35,156 nt of DNA from Lentisphaerota bacterium (GCA_003552565.1 PUNB01000122.1:1-35156), one strand, 5' to 3'. Shown: positions 17,079 to 26,781, counted from the first letter of the stretch. The notes: generated by a model not told the origin, from the letters alone. Translations and numbers: made by a program.

Positions 17079-19184
17079 TCATTTTCCATAGGAACCTTTT
17101 GTTTCGCCAGCCAAACAGTCTTGGAAAAATTCGTAGGTTCGTCGCTGACTGCGGGTATGGCGCCAGCGGCTTGAACGGGAGGGAGGGGCAAATGTGCCGT
17201 CAGCACGCAGCCGGCGGCCTTTACAGCGGTCCTGCAGCTGCAGCTCGAACAAATGATCGATGATCCGGCATATACGTCGGTCGTAAACGGGGAATAGCGT
17301 TTCAATTCGCCGGTCGAGATTGCGCGGCATCCAGTCGGCACTGGCCATATAATACTCCAGCTTGCCGCCGTTGCCGAAACGAAACATGCGGGTATGCTCC
17401 AGGAAGCGGTCAACTATACTGACCACGCGGATATTGTCGATCAGCCCTCCCGGCCGCATACAGCAGGCGCCGCGAACCGCCATTTCTATTTTAACTCCGG
17501 CGCGCGCCGCTCGGAAAAGGGCGTTGATTATTTCCGGATCCACCAAGGTGTTGATTTTCACCCGAATCGAGCCGGGATTGCGAGCTGAGGATAAACGCGT
17601 CTCACGCTCGATCAGCTCCAGAAAGCGGGTGCGCAAGGTGTAAGGCGCCACCGCCAGCTGCTCCCAGGCGGGCGGATCGGAATAACCGGTCATCACATTG
17701 AATAAAGCCGCCGCGTCGGAACATAAAACCGAGTCATTTGTAAATATGGAGGCATCGGTATAAAGCCTGGCGGTACTGTCATTGTAATTGCCGGTGGAAA
17801 GATGCAGGTAACGGCGGATATGACTACCTTCTCGACGGACAATCATCAGCATTTTGCTATGTACCTTAAGTCCCGCCATGCCGTAGATGACATGCACACC
17901 GGCTTCTTCCAGATGGCGTGCCCAGCCGATATTGCGTTCTTCATCGAAACGAGCCTTCAGCTCCAGAATGACTGTTACCTGTTTTCCGGATTCGGCGGCT
18001 CGGCGCAAAGCCCGGACCACGGGTGAATCGCCGCTGACACGGTAAAGAGTCTGCTTGATCGCCAGCACGTGCTGATCGGCGGCTGCCTCTTCCAGCAATT
18101 GAATTACCGGATCGAATTGTTCATAAGGTGGAAACAAAGGCAGGTGGCGGTGCCTGCTGACGGCGGTGAAAATCGATTCGTTTTCTTTGATAAACGGGGA
18201 TTCCAGGGGCGGCCAGTCCGGCTCCCGCAGAGATGGGGAGAAATCATGCTCCAGCATTTGGAAAAAGTCATTCAGCGCCATCGGCCCTGGCAATCGATAC
18301 ACAAACAGTCTATCCGTCTGTAACTGCTTGATCAGCCAGTCACCAAGCCGTCGATCACTGCCGCGAGGCAGCTCCAGCCTGATCGGCTGCCGCAGACGCC
18401 GCCGGCGCAGTTCCTGGCGTACATGCTGCAGAAGATCCACCACTCCGTCAGTATCCGCGCTGAAATCCATGTCCCGAGTCAAGCGAAAAGGAAAAGCGGC
18501 TTCGATCGGACGATTAACGAATAATTGATCCAGGAATTCAATGATTGTGTCTTCGAGAGTCACGAATAACCGCGTTTCTCGATCCGTTTCGATTTCCACC
18601 GGCAGCCAGCGCGGCAGAGCGCCGGGGACTTCCACCAACCCGCGATGCCAGCCTTTGCCGTCCGGCTTCCGCAGTAAAACCGCGATTTCCAGCATACAAT
18701 TGGCGATTATCGGGAAAGGATGGCTGGGATCCACCGCCACTGGTGTCAGCATCGGCATTATCTCCCGCTGAAAATAATCTTTCAGCGCCGTGTATTCGGA
18801 ACGCCGCAACTGTGAAGGGGCAGTCAGTCGAAAAACTCCCTGCTTCTCCAGTGCAGGCAGAATTTCATTTTGCAGGCAGCGGTATTGGCGGCGAAGCATT
18901 GATTCCACCTTCTTGTTAATCGCCGTCAGCTGCTCCTCCACAGTCATCCCGGAAGGATCTGTGGAAGCGACTCCGGAAAGCAGCTGTTGACGCAGGCCTG
19001 CCACCCGGACCATGAAAAATTCGTCCAGATTGGAACTGGCAATGGCGACGAATTTCAGCCGCTCCAGCAAAGGCGTCTGACCGTCCAAAGCTTCTTCCAG
19101 CACCCGATTGTTGAAATCAAGCCAAGAAAGCTCCCGATTGATCAGGCCTTCATTTACTTCCGCGATTGAATTTTTACTATTCAA
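17079..19184 (-). CDS. ppk1: Polyphosphate kinase 1
   Basis: NRELSWLDFNNRVL, NLDEFFMVRVAGL, IKQTLYR, ELKARFDE, KVHSK, TGNYN, DRFLEH, SADWMPRNLDRRIE. Confidence 0.97.
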   Translation of the reverse strand: MNSKNSIAEVNEGLINRELSWLDFNNRVLEEALDGQTPLLERLKFVAIASSNLDEFFMVRVAGLRQQLLSGVASTDPSGMTVEEQLTAINKKVESMLRRQYRCLQNEILPALEKQGVFRLTAPSQLRRSEYTALKDYFQREIMPMLTPVAVDPSHPFPIIANCMLEIAVLLRKPDGKGWHRGLVEVPGALPRWLPVEIETDRETRLFVTLEDTIIEFLDQLFVNRPIEAAFPFRLTRDMDFSADTDGVVDLLQHVRQELRRRRLRQPIRLELPRGSDRRLGDWLIKQLQTDRLFVYRLPGPMALNDFFQMLEHDFSPSLREPDWPPLESPFIKENESIFTAVSRHRHLPLFPPYEQFDPVIQLLEEAAADQHVLAIKQTLYRVSGDSPVVRALRRAAESGKQVTVILELKARFDEERNIGWARHLEEAGVHVIYGMAGLKVHSKMLMIVRREGSHIRRYLHLSTGNYNDSTARLYTDASIFTNDSVLCSDAAALFNVMTGYSDPPAWEQLAVAPYTLRTRFLELIERETRLSSARNPGSIRVKINTLVDPEIINALFRAARAGVKIEMAVRGACCMRPGGLIDNIRVVSIVDRFLEHTRMFRFGNGGKLEYYMASADWMPRNLDRRIETLFPVYDRRICRIIDHLFELQLQDRCKGRRLRADGTFAPPSRSSRWRHTRSQRRTYEFFQDCLAGETKGSYGK

Positions 19185-19204
19185 AACAAATTTCCTAACG
19201 CGTT

Positions 19205-19245
19205 CCTATGTGAGACTTCGTGGTTTCAGGTTTCAGTGTTCAGGT
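19205..19245 (+). repeat. 16-bp junction motif plus heptamer repeats
   Basis: cctatgtgagacttcg-tggtttcaggtttcagtgttcagg between ppx and ppk1. Confidence 0.7.
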
Positions 19246-19249
19246 CTAA

Positions 19250-20818
19250 CTAAGCGCCGGTCACTCTGATCTCAATCGAGCGAGCAAAAACAATTTCGAA
19301 CATGTCGCCTTTATTGCGAACCCCGGCGACCGCCAGACTGAGATCATAATCACTGACAGCGGTCAAACACACTTTTTCATTATCGTAAGTCGCCCGAAGG
19401 TCTTTCACCTTGTTCTGATGCGCCCGGTCGAAAGCATCCGCCACCCTCAGGATTGCCGCCAGTTTGCTTACCAGCACCCGGTTCTCGGTCGACAAGGATA
19501 CATATTCTGAATGGGCGTTGCGCGGCAATGCCCGGCGATGATAGCGGGCAATCAGAGAAATCAGGTTGAGTTCATCCGAGGACAAACCCGGCAGCTCACT
19601 GTGGCGCAATAGATAATAGGAATGCTTGTGATGCTCTCTATTGCTTACAAACATGCCTATATCATGCAGCAGCCCCGCCACTTCCAGCAGTACCCGACAG
19701 CGCTCAGGTAAGCCGTGCAGAACGGACAGCTGATCGTACAGACGCAAAGCCAGGGAAGTAACTTTATGAGCATGTTGGGAATCGTAGTCATAGCGCGTTC
19801 CCAGATGCTCGGCGGAAGCGATAATCTGGCTGACGAAGCTGTCAGGCTCTCCGCCCAATTCACGGAACAGGTCTTTCGTCAAGGCGTCCCTGGTATCGAC
19901 CATGGGAATTATCATCCGCTCGGCCTCGCTGGCGTTGAACAATTGTTCCAGCATGTGACAGCATGGCAGGATGCCGGCGGCGTCCGTGTCGCTCAGCCCA
20001 TATTGTCGAATGAGTTCAAATTCATCCATTTGATTCAAGCGGATGAAGTGTTTGTCAAAAGTTTTTTTTGACATTGTCGCCACCTTCGCCGGGGTTTGAC
20101 TGCGAACGATAGCGACCAGCGCCCGTACCGGTGCACCGACAACAATCAGGTTTTCCGGATGCATTCTCCTGGACATTCTGTTTATTCCCATGAATGTTGC
20201 GGCCAGTAGAGGATCCACAGCTTCCCGCATACGCAGAGGAGTCAGCTGCTGCTCCATTTCTTCAGCCAGCCGCAGCGTTCCCACCCGGATCGTTTCCGCG
20301 TTGACCAGCCGGCCGTCTTCCACCAGAGAAACCTGGCAGGAACCGGTGCCGATGGTGTAGATAATCGAATCACCAGTATTAAAACCGAATTTTCCGGCCA
20401 TGATTTCCCGTACGGCCAGAAACAGCACCCTGGCTTCATTTGCTCCTTCCAGAATATCTAGACGGATGTCGCTGGCCTGCTTGATGCGATCAAGAAATAT
20501 ATCGCGATTGAAAGCCTCCCGCACCGCGCTGGTGGCTATCGCTTTATACCGCTTAATCCCGTATTCCCGCATCAGCCGGGCGAAATCGCGAAAAATCTCT
20601 TCACCCAGTACCATGTTTCGCGAGCCAATATAGCTGGAACGAAAAACATCGTGCCCCAGAGGAATATTCTGAGTCGCCTCCTCCAGTACTTCCATTTCAT
20701 CGTTGACCGAAGACTGCACGATCCTCAGCCTGGCTGAATGAGCTCCAAGGTCGATGACCGCCAGTGGACTCGTATCAGGAGCTTCAGCGGCGAATAATTT
20801 TGTTTTACGAGTCGGCAT
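19250..20818 (-). CDS. ppx: Exopolyphosphatase / GppA family with HD domain
   Basis: VIDLGAHSAR, ATSAVREA, EAR, IGTGS; C-terminal LLHDIG, HHKHSYY, ARYHR, ADAFD. Confidence 0.93.
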   Translation of the reverse strand: MPTRKTKLFAAEAPDTSPLAVIDLGAHSARLRIVQSSVNDEMEVLEEATQNIPLGHDVFRSSYIGSRNMVLGEEIFRDFARLMREYGIKRYKAIATSAVREAFNRDIFLDRIKQASDIRLDILEGANEARVLFLAVREIMAGKFGFNTGDSIIYTIGTGSCQVSLVEDGRLVNAETIRVGTLRLAEEMEQQLTPLRMREAVDPLLAATFMGINRMSRRMHPENLIVVGAPVRALVAIVRSQTPAKVATMSKKTFDKHFIRLNQMDEFELIRQYGLSDTDAAGILPCCHMLEQLFNASEAERMIIPMVDTRDALTKDLFRELGGEPDSFVSQIIASAEHLGTRYDYDSQHAHKVTSLALRLYDQLSVLHGLPERCRVLLEVAGLLHDIGMFVSNREHHKHSYYLLRHSELPGLSSDELNLISLIARYHRRALPRNAHSEYVSLSTENRVLVSKLAAILRVADAFDRAHQNKVKDLRATYDNEKVCLTAVSDYDLSLAVAGVRNKGDMFEIVFARSIEIRVTGA

Positions 20819-20827
20819 TTTAATACT

Positions 20828-21811
20828 CTACTGGTCGGAATAATCAGTATTCATCATCGCCAGGCGGGCAGCGCCCGCGGGGACCGCGTCATCTCCGAGC
20901 CGGGAAAGACGTAGATCCACATCTTTCGGGTTCAGCGCGAAAAGATTGTTTTCAAACCCCTGGCGAACCAACGGCAGCAACTGCTCGCCCAGAGCCTCCA
21001 TAACGCCGCCGCCGAAAATCAGGCAGTCAGGAGCCAGAACTGCGCTCATATTGGCAGCTCCGATTCCCAGTATTTCAGCACCTTTGTTGAGCACTTTGCA
21101 AACCACCTTATCCCCCGCCAAATAAGCCTTTTTCAGATGTTTACTGCGAAGACGGGAAAAATCCTTACCGGCGTATTCTGTCAGAACGCTGCTTTTCCCT
21201 TTTTGATTGATTTTTTTATCCAGCTTGCGGGCAAAGGCCGTTTTGCTGCAGTAAGCCTCCAGGCAGCCGCGCTTGCCGCAGCCGCAGCGACGGCCTTTGC
21301 GCCGGATGATGTGATGCCCCAGCTCACCGCCGAGACCGCGGTTGCCAACATGCAGCCGGCCGTTGATAATGATACCGCCGCCCAGGCCGGTGCCGAGAAA
21401 AAAGCCGACCACCGTGCGGGCATCTCCGGCAGTGCCAGCCCAATATTCCCCTAGTAATCCGCAATCTGCATCATTGCCCAGCACTGTTTCACGTTCAAAA
21501 ACTTCATTGAAAATTGCCTGCGCCGGTTCGTTTTTCCAGCCTAGGTTAGGGGCGTGCAGCAGTATGCCGGTTTGCGGATCGACGGCGCTGGGAACCGCCA
21601 CCCCGAGGCTTGCGATCCGCCGCCGGTATAAATCGCCTTTCTCAAGCGCCCGCTCCAGCACCGAACGCATGACCGCGGCCATTTCCCCCACCCCCAGGCC
21701 GACTTCGGTTTTCTCTTTCGCTCTGGCCACCGCCTTGCCGTCGCCGTTAATAATCAGGGCGGCAATATTGGTACCGCCGAGATCGATGCCCGCATGATAT
21801 GTTTCCGACAT
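20828..21811 (-). CDS. ROK family sugar kinase (glucokinase-like)
   Basis: GIDLGGT, NDAD, LGTGLGGG, GELGH, CGCGKRGCLE; ATG 21811 preferred because the ORF-track start lies inside a repeat. Confidence 0.92.
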   Translation of the reverse strand: MSETYHAGIDLGGTNIAALIINGDGKAVARAKEKTEVGLGVGEMAAVMRSVLERALEKGDLYRRRIASLGVAVPSAVDPQTGILLHAPNLGWKNEPAQAIFNEVFERETVLGNDADCGLLGEYWAGTAGDARTVVGFFLGTGLGGGIIINGRLHVGNRGLGGELGHHIIRRKGRRCGCGKRGCLEAYCSKTAFARKLDKKINQKGKSSVLTEYAGKDFSRLRSKHLKKAYLAGDKVVCKVLNKGAEILGIGAANMSAVLAPDCLIFGGGVMEALGEQLLPLVRQGFENNLFALNPKDVDLRLSRLGDDAVPAGAARLAMMNTDYSDQ

Positions 21812-21854
21812 TATTGTTCTTTTTCCTTTCTTAAGAGTGTTGTTGAAGGTTTCG

Positions 21855-22029
21855 CTAGACCCTATGCGAAAAGGATCTTGTGGAGCTCTCAAGCTCGAAA
21901 GTGACTGCGCGTTCCACGGCCAATTGGATTAAGGCGAAAGATTGTGACGAAAGATTAGGGGGAGAACGGGTGCGCTCCTTAATCTTTCGCCTTAATCTCG
22001 TTTCCGACCCCTTTCCGGACGGAGTCTAG
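21855..22029. mobile_element. MITE-like element, interior type B (reverse orientation)
   Basis: CTAG-ACCCTATGCGAAAAGG...CCTTTCCGGACGGAGT-CTAG; right CTAG contains the TAG stop of the upstream gene; about one GATTA unit shorter than the other B copies. Confidence 0.9.
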
Positions 22030-22874
22030 GTAACCGTTTTCAGTCTTTCCCCGGCGGATTGTATAACTCTCTGCATGGAAGCGGGTGAGGTTATGAAAAG
22101 ATGCACCTTGTCGCCGGTGAACTCTTCGAGTGTTTGTTGAAAGCCGGTTTGCAAAGGGTTTAAAACGGCCACCTGCCACTGACTGCTCATTTGGGCAAAA
22201 GGGATTATCCCCAATCGCCGGGCATGTTCAAAAGGCACTAAAGCAAAAGCTTCCTCGGGTATTTCAAAACGCTCGAGTTCAACGAAAGGTGTGGCGGTAT
22301 GGGCGGACAAGAAGCCTATAATAGCGTTTATGTCCACTTTATCCATGCTTTCCAATTCATGCATCAGAGACAATGTTGATTCGGAAGCAGTGTTCATTCT
22401 GCTTTCGGTGATGCCGGAGATTGCGGCTTCATACTGCTCCGAGGAAATCATTTCGTTTTGCAGAAGCAACCAGGCAAAATCGATTTCAGCATTTAAATTG
22501 AATTCCAGCTGCGCCTCCGAAGGACTGGGCTCGACTTCCTCGTTTTCCGTCCCCAGCAAAGCGTCAGCGGGATTCTCGGATACTTCCAATAGTCGTTCGG
22601 CTTCTGGATCATCAGGATTCAGGGTCAGCAGATGCTGAGCCAGTGAGTAGAGCTGAGACCAATTCTGCTCTTCCTCGAAAACTTCAGCCAGCCGCATGTA
22701 TATTTCCCAAGCCTGAGAGGCGTTGCCGATTTTTTCATAAGAAGCCGCCAGCCCGGAAAGCGCGGAAGGATCATGCGGATGTTTTTCCAGGATGGACTCA
22801 CAGGCTCTTACTGCTTCCCAGGCGGCCGCGTCATCTCTTGCAAATTCTTCCATGTTTTGGGGGGTGGCAAACAT
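22026..22874 (-). CDS. TPR-like N-terminus plus MshEN/T2SSE_N-like domain protein
   Basis: Helical repeats (HPHDPSALSGLA, LTLNPDDPEA); C-terminal LLQNEMISSEQYEAA and PFVELERFEIP...ARRLGIIPF...VAVLNP resemble the PilB/GspE N-domain; no ATPase. Confidence 0.7.
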   Translation of the reverse strand: MFATPQNMEEFARDDAAAWEAVRACESILEKHPHDPSALSGLAASYEKIGNASQAWEIYMRLAEVFEEEQNWSQLYSLAQHLLTLNPDDPEAERLLEVSENPADALLGTENEEVEPSPSEAQLEFNLNAEIDFAWLLLQNEMISSEQYEAAISGITESRMNTASESTLSLMHELESMDKVDINAIIGFLSAHTATPFVELERFEIPEEAFALVPFEHARRLGIIPFAQMSSQWQVAVLNPLQTGFQQTLEEFTGDKVHLFITSPASMQRVIQSAGERLKTVT

Positions 22875-23027
22875 ATTTTCATCCTTGATTATTTTTAGAA
22901 ACGAATTAAATTAAAATATACTGTTAAGATAATTTGATACAAACCATTTTGCGAATTTTGTTTATTTTCTCAAAAACGAGATGTCAGGATTGTTTTCTCC
23001 AAGTGGTAGGCGGCAAGGCAGCGGATA

Positions 23028-23043
23028 TGGCACGAAAATTGCT
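23028..23043 (+). promoter_or_regulatory. Sigma-54 (-24/-12) promoter facing pilB
   Basis: TGGCACG-AAAA-TTGCT, exact match to TGGCACG-N4-TTGCW; sigma-54 activator encoded in the same locus. Confidence 0.85.
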
Positions 23044-23107
23044 TGTTTGTTGGAAAGCAATCTGACTATCAAGCAATTTCCAGTCGGTGTTATTGAATAT
23101 TGCCGAG

Positions 23108-23356
23108 TTAGACCCTATGCGAAAAGGTATCGCACCCATGCTCCCGCTTGTTTCGGATGAGATTTCGGTTTTCCTCGGAAAACCGGAAGATCGCCGAAAC
23201 AAGCGGGAGCCTTATCGGGTAGGGGTGCGGCGGGGCGTCTCCGGTTTTTATGCCGCAAGTCATTAGCGCTGAGGCTGGTAACTGACGGAACAAAAACCGG
23301 ATCAGACCTGCCGGCGCTCCCAACAAGGGCGTGAGACCTTTTCGCATAAGCTCGAG
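23108..23356. mobile_element. Composite MITE-like element (type A module plus second hairpin module)
   Basis: TTAG-ACCCTATGCGAAAAGG...CCTTTTCGCATAAGCT-CGAG; first part is the reverse complement of the 6019 element minus 35 bp; second part has a ccggttttt...aaaaaccgg hairpin. Confidence 0.85.
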
Positions 23357-23426
23357 ACATCCCCATAGGTATAAGTAAATGGAAATCAACAGCTCGAAGA
23401 ACAAAAAACATGGTGTTGGAGCCGGC

Positions 23427-25127
23427 ATGTCATCAGGTCTTCTGGAAAGACTTGTCGCCAGCGGCGCTCTTGATGAGATACACCAAGAGGAAATAGAATC
23501 ATCCTTTGAGGGCGGTCAGTCCGAGCTGGAAAAGCTCCTCAAAGAAGATTACGCCGTTGATTCCGCCGAATTTTGTCTGGCGATCGCTTCCTATGCCAGA
23601 ACACCGGTCCTTTCCCTGGCGAATCACACGCCTGATTCTTCTCTTTGCGAAGAATTTCCAATTGAAATCCTGCAAAGAGAACGGATGCTTCCGGTGGGCC
23701 GCACGAGCCGCACCTTGACGCTGGCTCTGGCTGATCCCATGAACGTATTAGCCGTTGAGGAAATGGAGGACTTGACCGGCCTCAAGGTGTTGCCGGCGGC
23801 GGCTCTGGAGTCGGAAATCAATGAGGTGCTGAAGGCGTTAACCGAAAAAGGTAAAGGCGACCTTGACAACGCCTTCCAGGAAGCAGGCGGAGAAAAGGAT
23901 ATTCAGATTGCCTCGGGAGAAGAAGACGATTCGGATATCGACAGCATGCTGGAAAGCGCCTCTCACGCGCCGGTTATCCGGATCGTCAATATGATCCTTA
24001 TGGAGGCTTTGAGCAAAGATGCCAGCGACATTCACATTGAAGCATTTGAAAAACAGATGCGTCTGCGTTACCGCATCGACGGAGTTCTTTTTGAGGGGCC
24101 TGAGCCGCCGAAGCATTTGCAGTCCGCTATCATTTCCAGGCTTAAGGTTATGTCGGAACTGGACATAGCCGAACGCCGGATACCCCAGGACGGCCGCTTT
24201 AAAATCAAGGCTCAGGGAAAGGAAATTGACCTGCGAGTGTCGATACTGCCGACAGTGCATGGGGAGAAAACCTGTATGCGGCTGCTGGACAAAAGCAATC
24301 TGGCTGCCTCTCTGGATGTGCTCGGGCTGGATCCTGATTCACTGCAAAAACTGCGCGGCGCCATTCACCAGCCTTACGGATTAATTCTCGTCACCGGCCC
24401 GACGGGCAGCGGTAAAACCACCACTCTTTATTCCGCTCTTCAGGAGCTGAACAGTCCTGAAGTAAACATTACCACGGTGGAAAACCCGGTGGAGTATCAG
24501 CTCATGGGCATCAATCAGGTGGAAATCCGGGAAATAGTGGGAATGACCTTCGCCGCCGCATTGCGATCCATACTGCGGCAGGACCCGGATATTGTATTGG
24601 TCGGGGAGACTCGCGACAGTGAAACGGCCGACATCGCGGTCAAGGCGGCACTGACCGGCCATCTGGTTATGACCACCCTGCACACTAATGATGCCCCCGG
24701 AGCCGTGGCCAGGCTGGCTTACATGGGCATTGAGCCTTTTTTGATTGCATCCTCCCTGCTGCTTTCACAGGCTCAGAGGCTGGTGCGTAAAATTTGCACC
24801 AACTGTAAAGAGCCCTTTGAATTTTCACCGGAATACGCTGAAGCCAATCATATCCCCCCGGACCAGTTCGACAACGCTCAGGTTTACAAGGGGCGCGGCT
24901 GCAATCGTTGCAACCATACCGGTTACAAGGGCAGAGCCAGCATTATGGAGATTCTGCAAGTGACCCGGGAAATGCGCGAGTTGATTTTGCGCACAACCAA
25001 CGCCGACGACATCAGAAACATGGCCCTCCAGCAGGGATTTCGCAATCTGCGCCAAAACGGTTTTTACAGGGTGCGCGAGGGAATCACCACCATTGAAGAA
25101 GTACTGCGGGTGACCGCCACCGAATAG
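23427..25127 (+). CDS. pilB: Type IV pilus assembly ATPase (PilB/GspE family)
   Basis: ASDIHIE, DIAERRIPQDGR, GPTGSGKTT, LRQDPD, AALTGHLV.TTLHTN, CxxC...CxxC; ATG 23427 has GGAG RBS (track start 23379). Confidence 0.93.
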   Translation: MSSGLLERLVASGALDEIHQEEIESSFEGGQSELEKLLKEDYAVDSAEFCLAIASYARTPVLSLANHTPDSSLCEEFPIEILQRERMLPVGRTSRTLTLALADPMNVLAVEEMEDLTGLKVLPAAALESEINEVLKALTEKGKGDLDNAFQEAGGEKDIQIASGEEDDSDIDSMLESASHAPVIRIVNMILMEALSKDASDIHIEAFEKQMRLRYRIDGVLFEGPEPPKHLQSAIISRLKVMSELDIAERRIPQDGRFKIKAQGKEIDLRVSILPTVHGEKTCMRLLDKSNLAASLDVLGLDPDSLQKLRGAIHQPYGLILVTGPTGSGKTTTLYSALQELNSPEVNITTVENPVEYQLMGINQVEIREIVGMTFAAALRSILRQDPDIVLVGETRDSETADIAVKAALTGHLVMTTLHTNDAPGAVARLAYMGIEPFLIASSLLLSQAQRLVRKICTNCKEPFEFSPEYAEANHIPPDQFDNAQVYKGRGCNRCNHTGYKGRASIMEILQVTREMRELILRTTNADDIRNMALQQGFRNLRQNGFYRVREGITTIEEVLRVTATE

Positions 25128-25137
25128 AGGAAAAATA

Positions 25138-26271
25138 ATGGCTTTCAGTAACAAACAGACATCAAACAGCTCCAGGGGAAATCGCAATGCCCCAGGGAAG
25201 GTGTCATCCGGAGGTGTCAAAGTGCGCGGTGCGAAAAAAATCCGCAAACGCGAACTTTGTCCTTTCACTCAGAAGTTGACCGCCATGCTCAGTGCCGGGC
25301 TGCCTCTGATCCAATGCCTTACGGCTCTTTCGGAGCAGGTTGAGGATCCCAACTTTCGTCCTGTTGTTGAGGACATAAAGTCGCGCGTGGAGGGAGGGGC
25401 TTCGTTTGCTGAAGCTCTGGAAGTTTACCAGAACCTCTTTGGGGATTTATACGTTAATATGATCAGAGCCGGAGAAATGAGCGGCAGCCTGGGGGAAGTC
25501 ACCGCCCGCTTGTCCTCTTACCTGGAAGCCAGCGCGGCAATGATCCGCAAAATTAAATCCGCACTCACTTATCCTGTGGTGGTGGTGGTGCTGGCAACCA
25601 TACTCGCTATCGGCATGCTGATTTTTATCGTGCCGGTTTTTGAAGGTATTTTCGCCGACTTTGGAGCGGATCTGCCGGCGCCGACTCAGATACTGGTGGA
25701 TGTCAGTGACACAGTTCGCAACCAAACGCCGTTGGTAGTGGCGATTATTATTGCTTTAACTCTGATACTGCGGCATGTTAAAAAGACCCCTCAGGGGGCG
25801 TTGGCCGTCGACCGCATGATATTACGAGCGCCGGTGGCCGGCAAGCTGGTTGAGAAAATTGCTCTGGCCCGCATGTCCAGGACTTTCGCTTCGCTGCTCA
25901 ACAGCGGGGTGCCGATTCTAAAAACCGTCCAGGTTGTCGCTCAAGCCACCGGCAACCGCGTTATCGGCCAGGCTTTGGCTTCATGCGGAGGAGCTATTGA
26001 AAACGGCGCCAATGTTGGTGAATCATTGAAAAAAACCGGCAGGTTTCCGCCGCTGGTCATACATATGGTGTCGGCGGGAGAAAAAACCGGCAATATCGAC
26101 GGCATGCTGGAAAAGGTCGCGGACTTTTACGAGGACGAGGTGAATAATACCATGGAATCTTTGTCCAGCATGATCGAACCTTTGCTGATGGCTTTTCTGG
26201 GGGTGGTTATTGGAGGTATCGTTATCTGCATGTTTCTGCCGATATTTCAGATGCACGAAGTTGTTTCGTGA
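25138..26271 (+). CDS. pilC: Type IV pilus platform protein (PilC/GspF family)
   Basis: AGLPL, AGEMSGSL, KSALTYP, LPAPTQ, SGVPIL, GEKTGNIDGML, IEP, MFLPIF. Confidence 0.95.
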   Translation: MAFSNKQTSNSSRGNRNAPGKVSSGGVKVRGAKKIRKRELCPFTQKLTAMLSAGLPLIQCLTALSEQVEDPNFRPVVEDIKSRVEGGASFAEALEVYQNLFGDLYVNMIRAGEMSGSLGEVTARLSSYLEASAAMIRKIKSALTYPVVVVVLATILAIGMLIFIVPVFEGIFADFGADLPAPTQILVDVSDTVRNQTPLVVAIIIALTLILRHVKKTPQGALAVDRMILRAPVAGKLVEKIALARMSRTFASLLNSGVPILKTVQVVAQATGNRVIGQALASCGGAIENGANVGESLKKTGRFPPLVIHMVSAGEKTGNIDGMLEKVADFYEDEVNNTMESLSSMIEPLLMAFLGVVIGGIVICMFLPIFQMHEVVS

Positions 26272-26327
26272 AGAATCAGGTGGCTTCTCTGAAACCTGTC
26301 CCCAGAAATCATTGAGCGAGTCTCTCA

Positions 26328-26378
26328 CTCGGGGTATACGGCGCATCGCGCCGGCGGTCGTGCTTATGGGAAACATCG
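26328..26378 (+). repeat. Arm of the GACGA element plus 16-bp junction motif
   Basis: ctcggggtatacggcgcatcgcgccggcggtcgtg-cttatgggaaacatcg versus reverse complement of 6911-6961 ctcagggtatccggcgcatcgagccggcggccggg-cttgtatgagacttcg. Confidence 0.75.
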
Positions 26379-26584
26379 GGTTCTTCGTTTGTTGTTTTCG
26401 GCGGTTAACGAGAGGTTTTTCCAATATTTTTGCGCTGGAAATTTTGGTTTTATCGATACCCCCAGTTAAGAGTTTTGGTTGGTTTGTAAAAATGGCGACT
26501 TTGTCATTTTTGTTGCTTAAGCGGGTCAGTTAAGCGGGTCGCTTAAGTGTGTTTGAGCAAGGGTGGGGGGGTAAGAAAGCGATT

Positions 26585-26731
26585 AAGTGTTTAGAAGAGA
26601 AGCGTGGAGAACATGACACTTAATCCCGCACTTCATCGCACACGTAAGCCCACGCTTAAACTATCTGCTTCGTCGGTATTGGGCATGAAGAAGATCAACA
26701 ATATACCCACAAATACCGCTGACGAGGCAAA
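26585..26731 (+). repeat. ~150-160 bp intergenic repeat with conserved hairpin, copy 2
   Basis: Reverse complement of 2675-2835; preceded by ttaagcgggtc tandem units at about 26517-26550. Confidence 0.85.
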
Positions 26732-26744
26732 AAAAAGAGTTTTG

Positions 26745-26781
26745 TGAAACCCTAGAAACCTGACACCTGAAACCTGAAACC
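26745..26781 (-). repeat. Heptamer tandem repeat (CCTGAAA/CCTGACA)
   Basis: gaaacc-tgacacc-tgaaacc-tgaaacc; same unit as at 19222-19245 and 6864-6909. Confidence 0.7.

Noticed and set aside
23108-23428. Short ORFs of 98-106 aa here and similar ones at 12009-12221, 6848-7054, 16925-17263 and 26210-26533
   Set aside because: They run through non-coding repeats or overlap real genes and show no protein-like features
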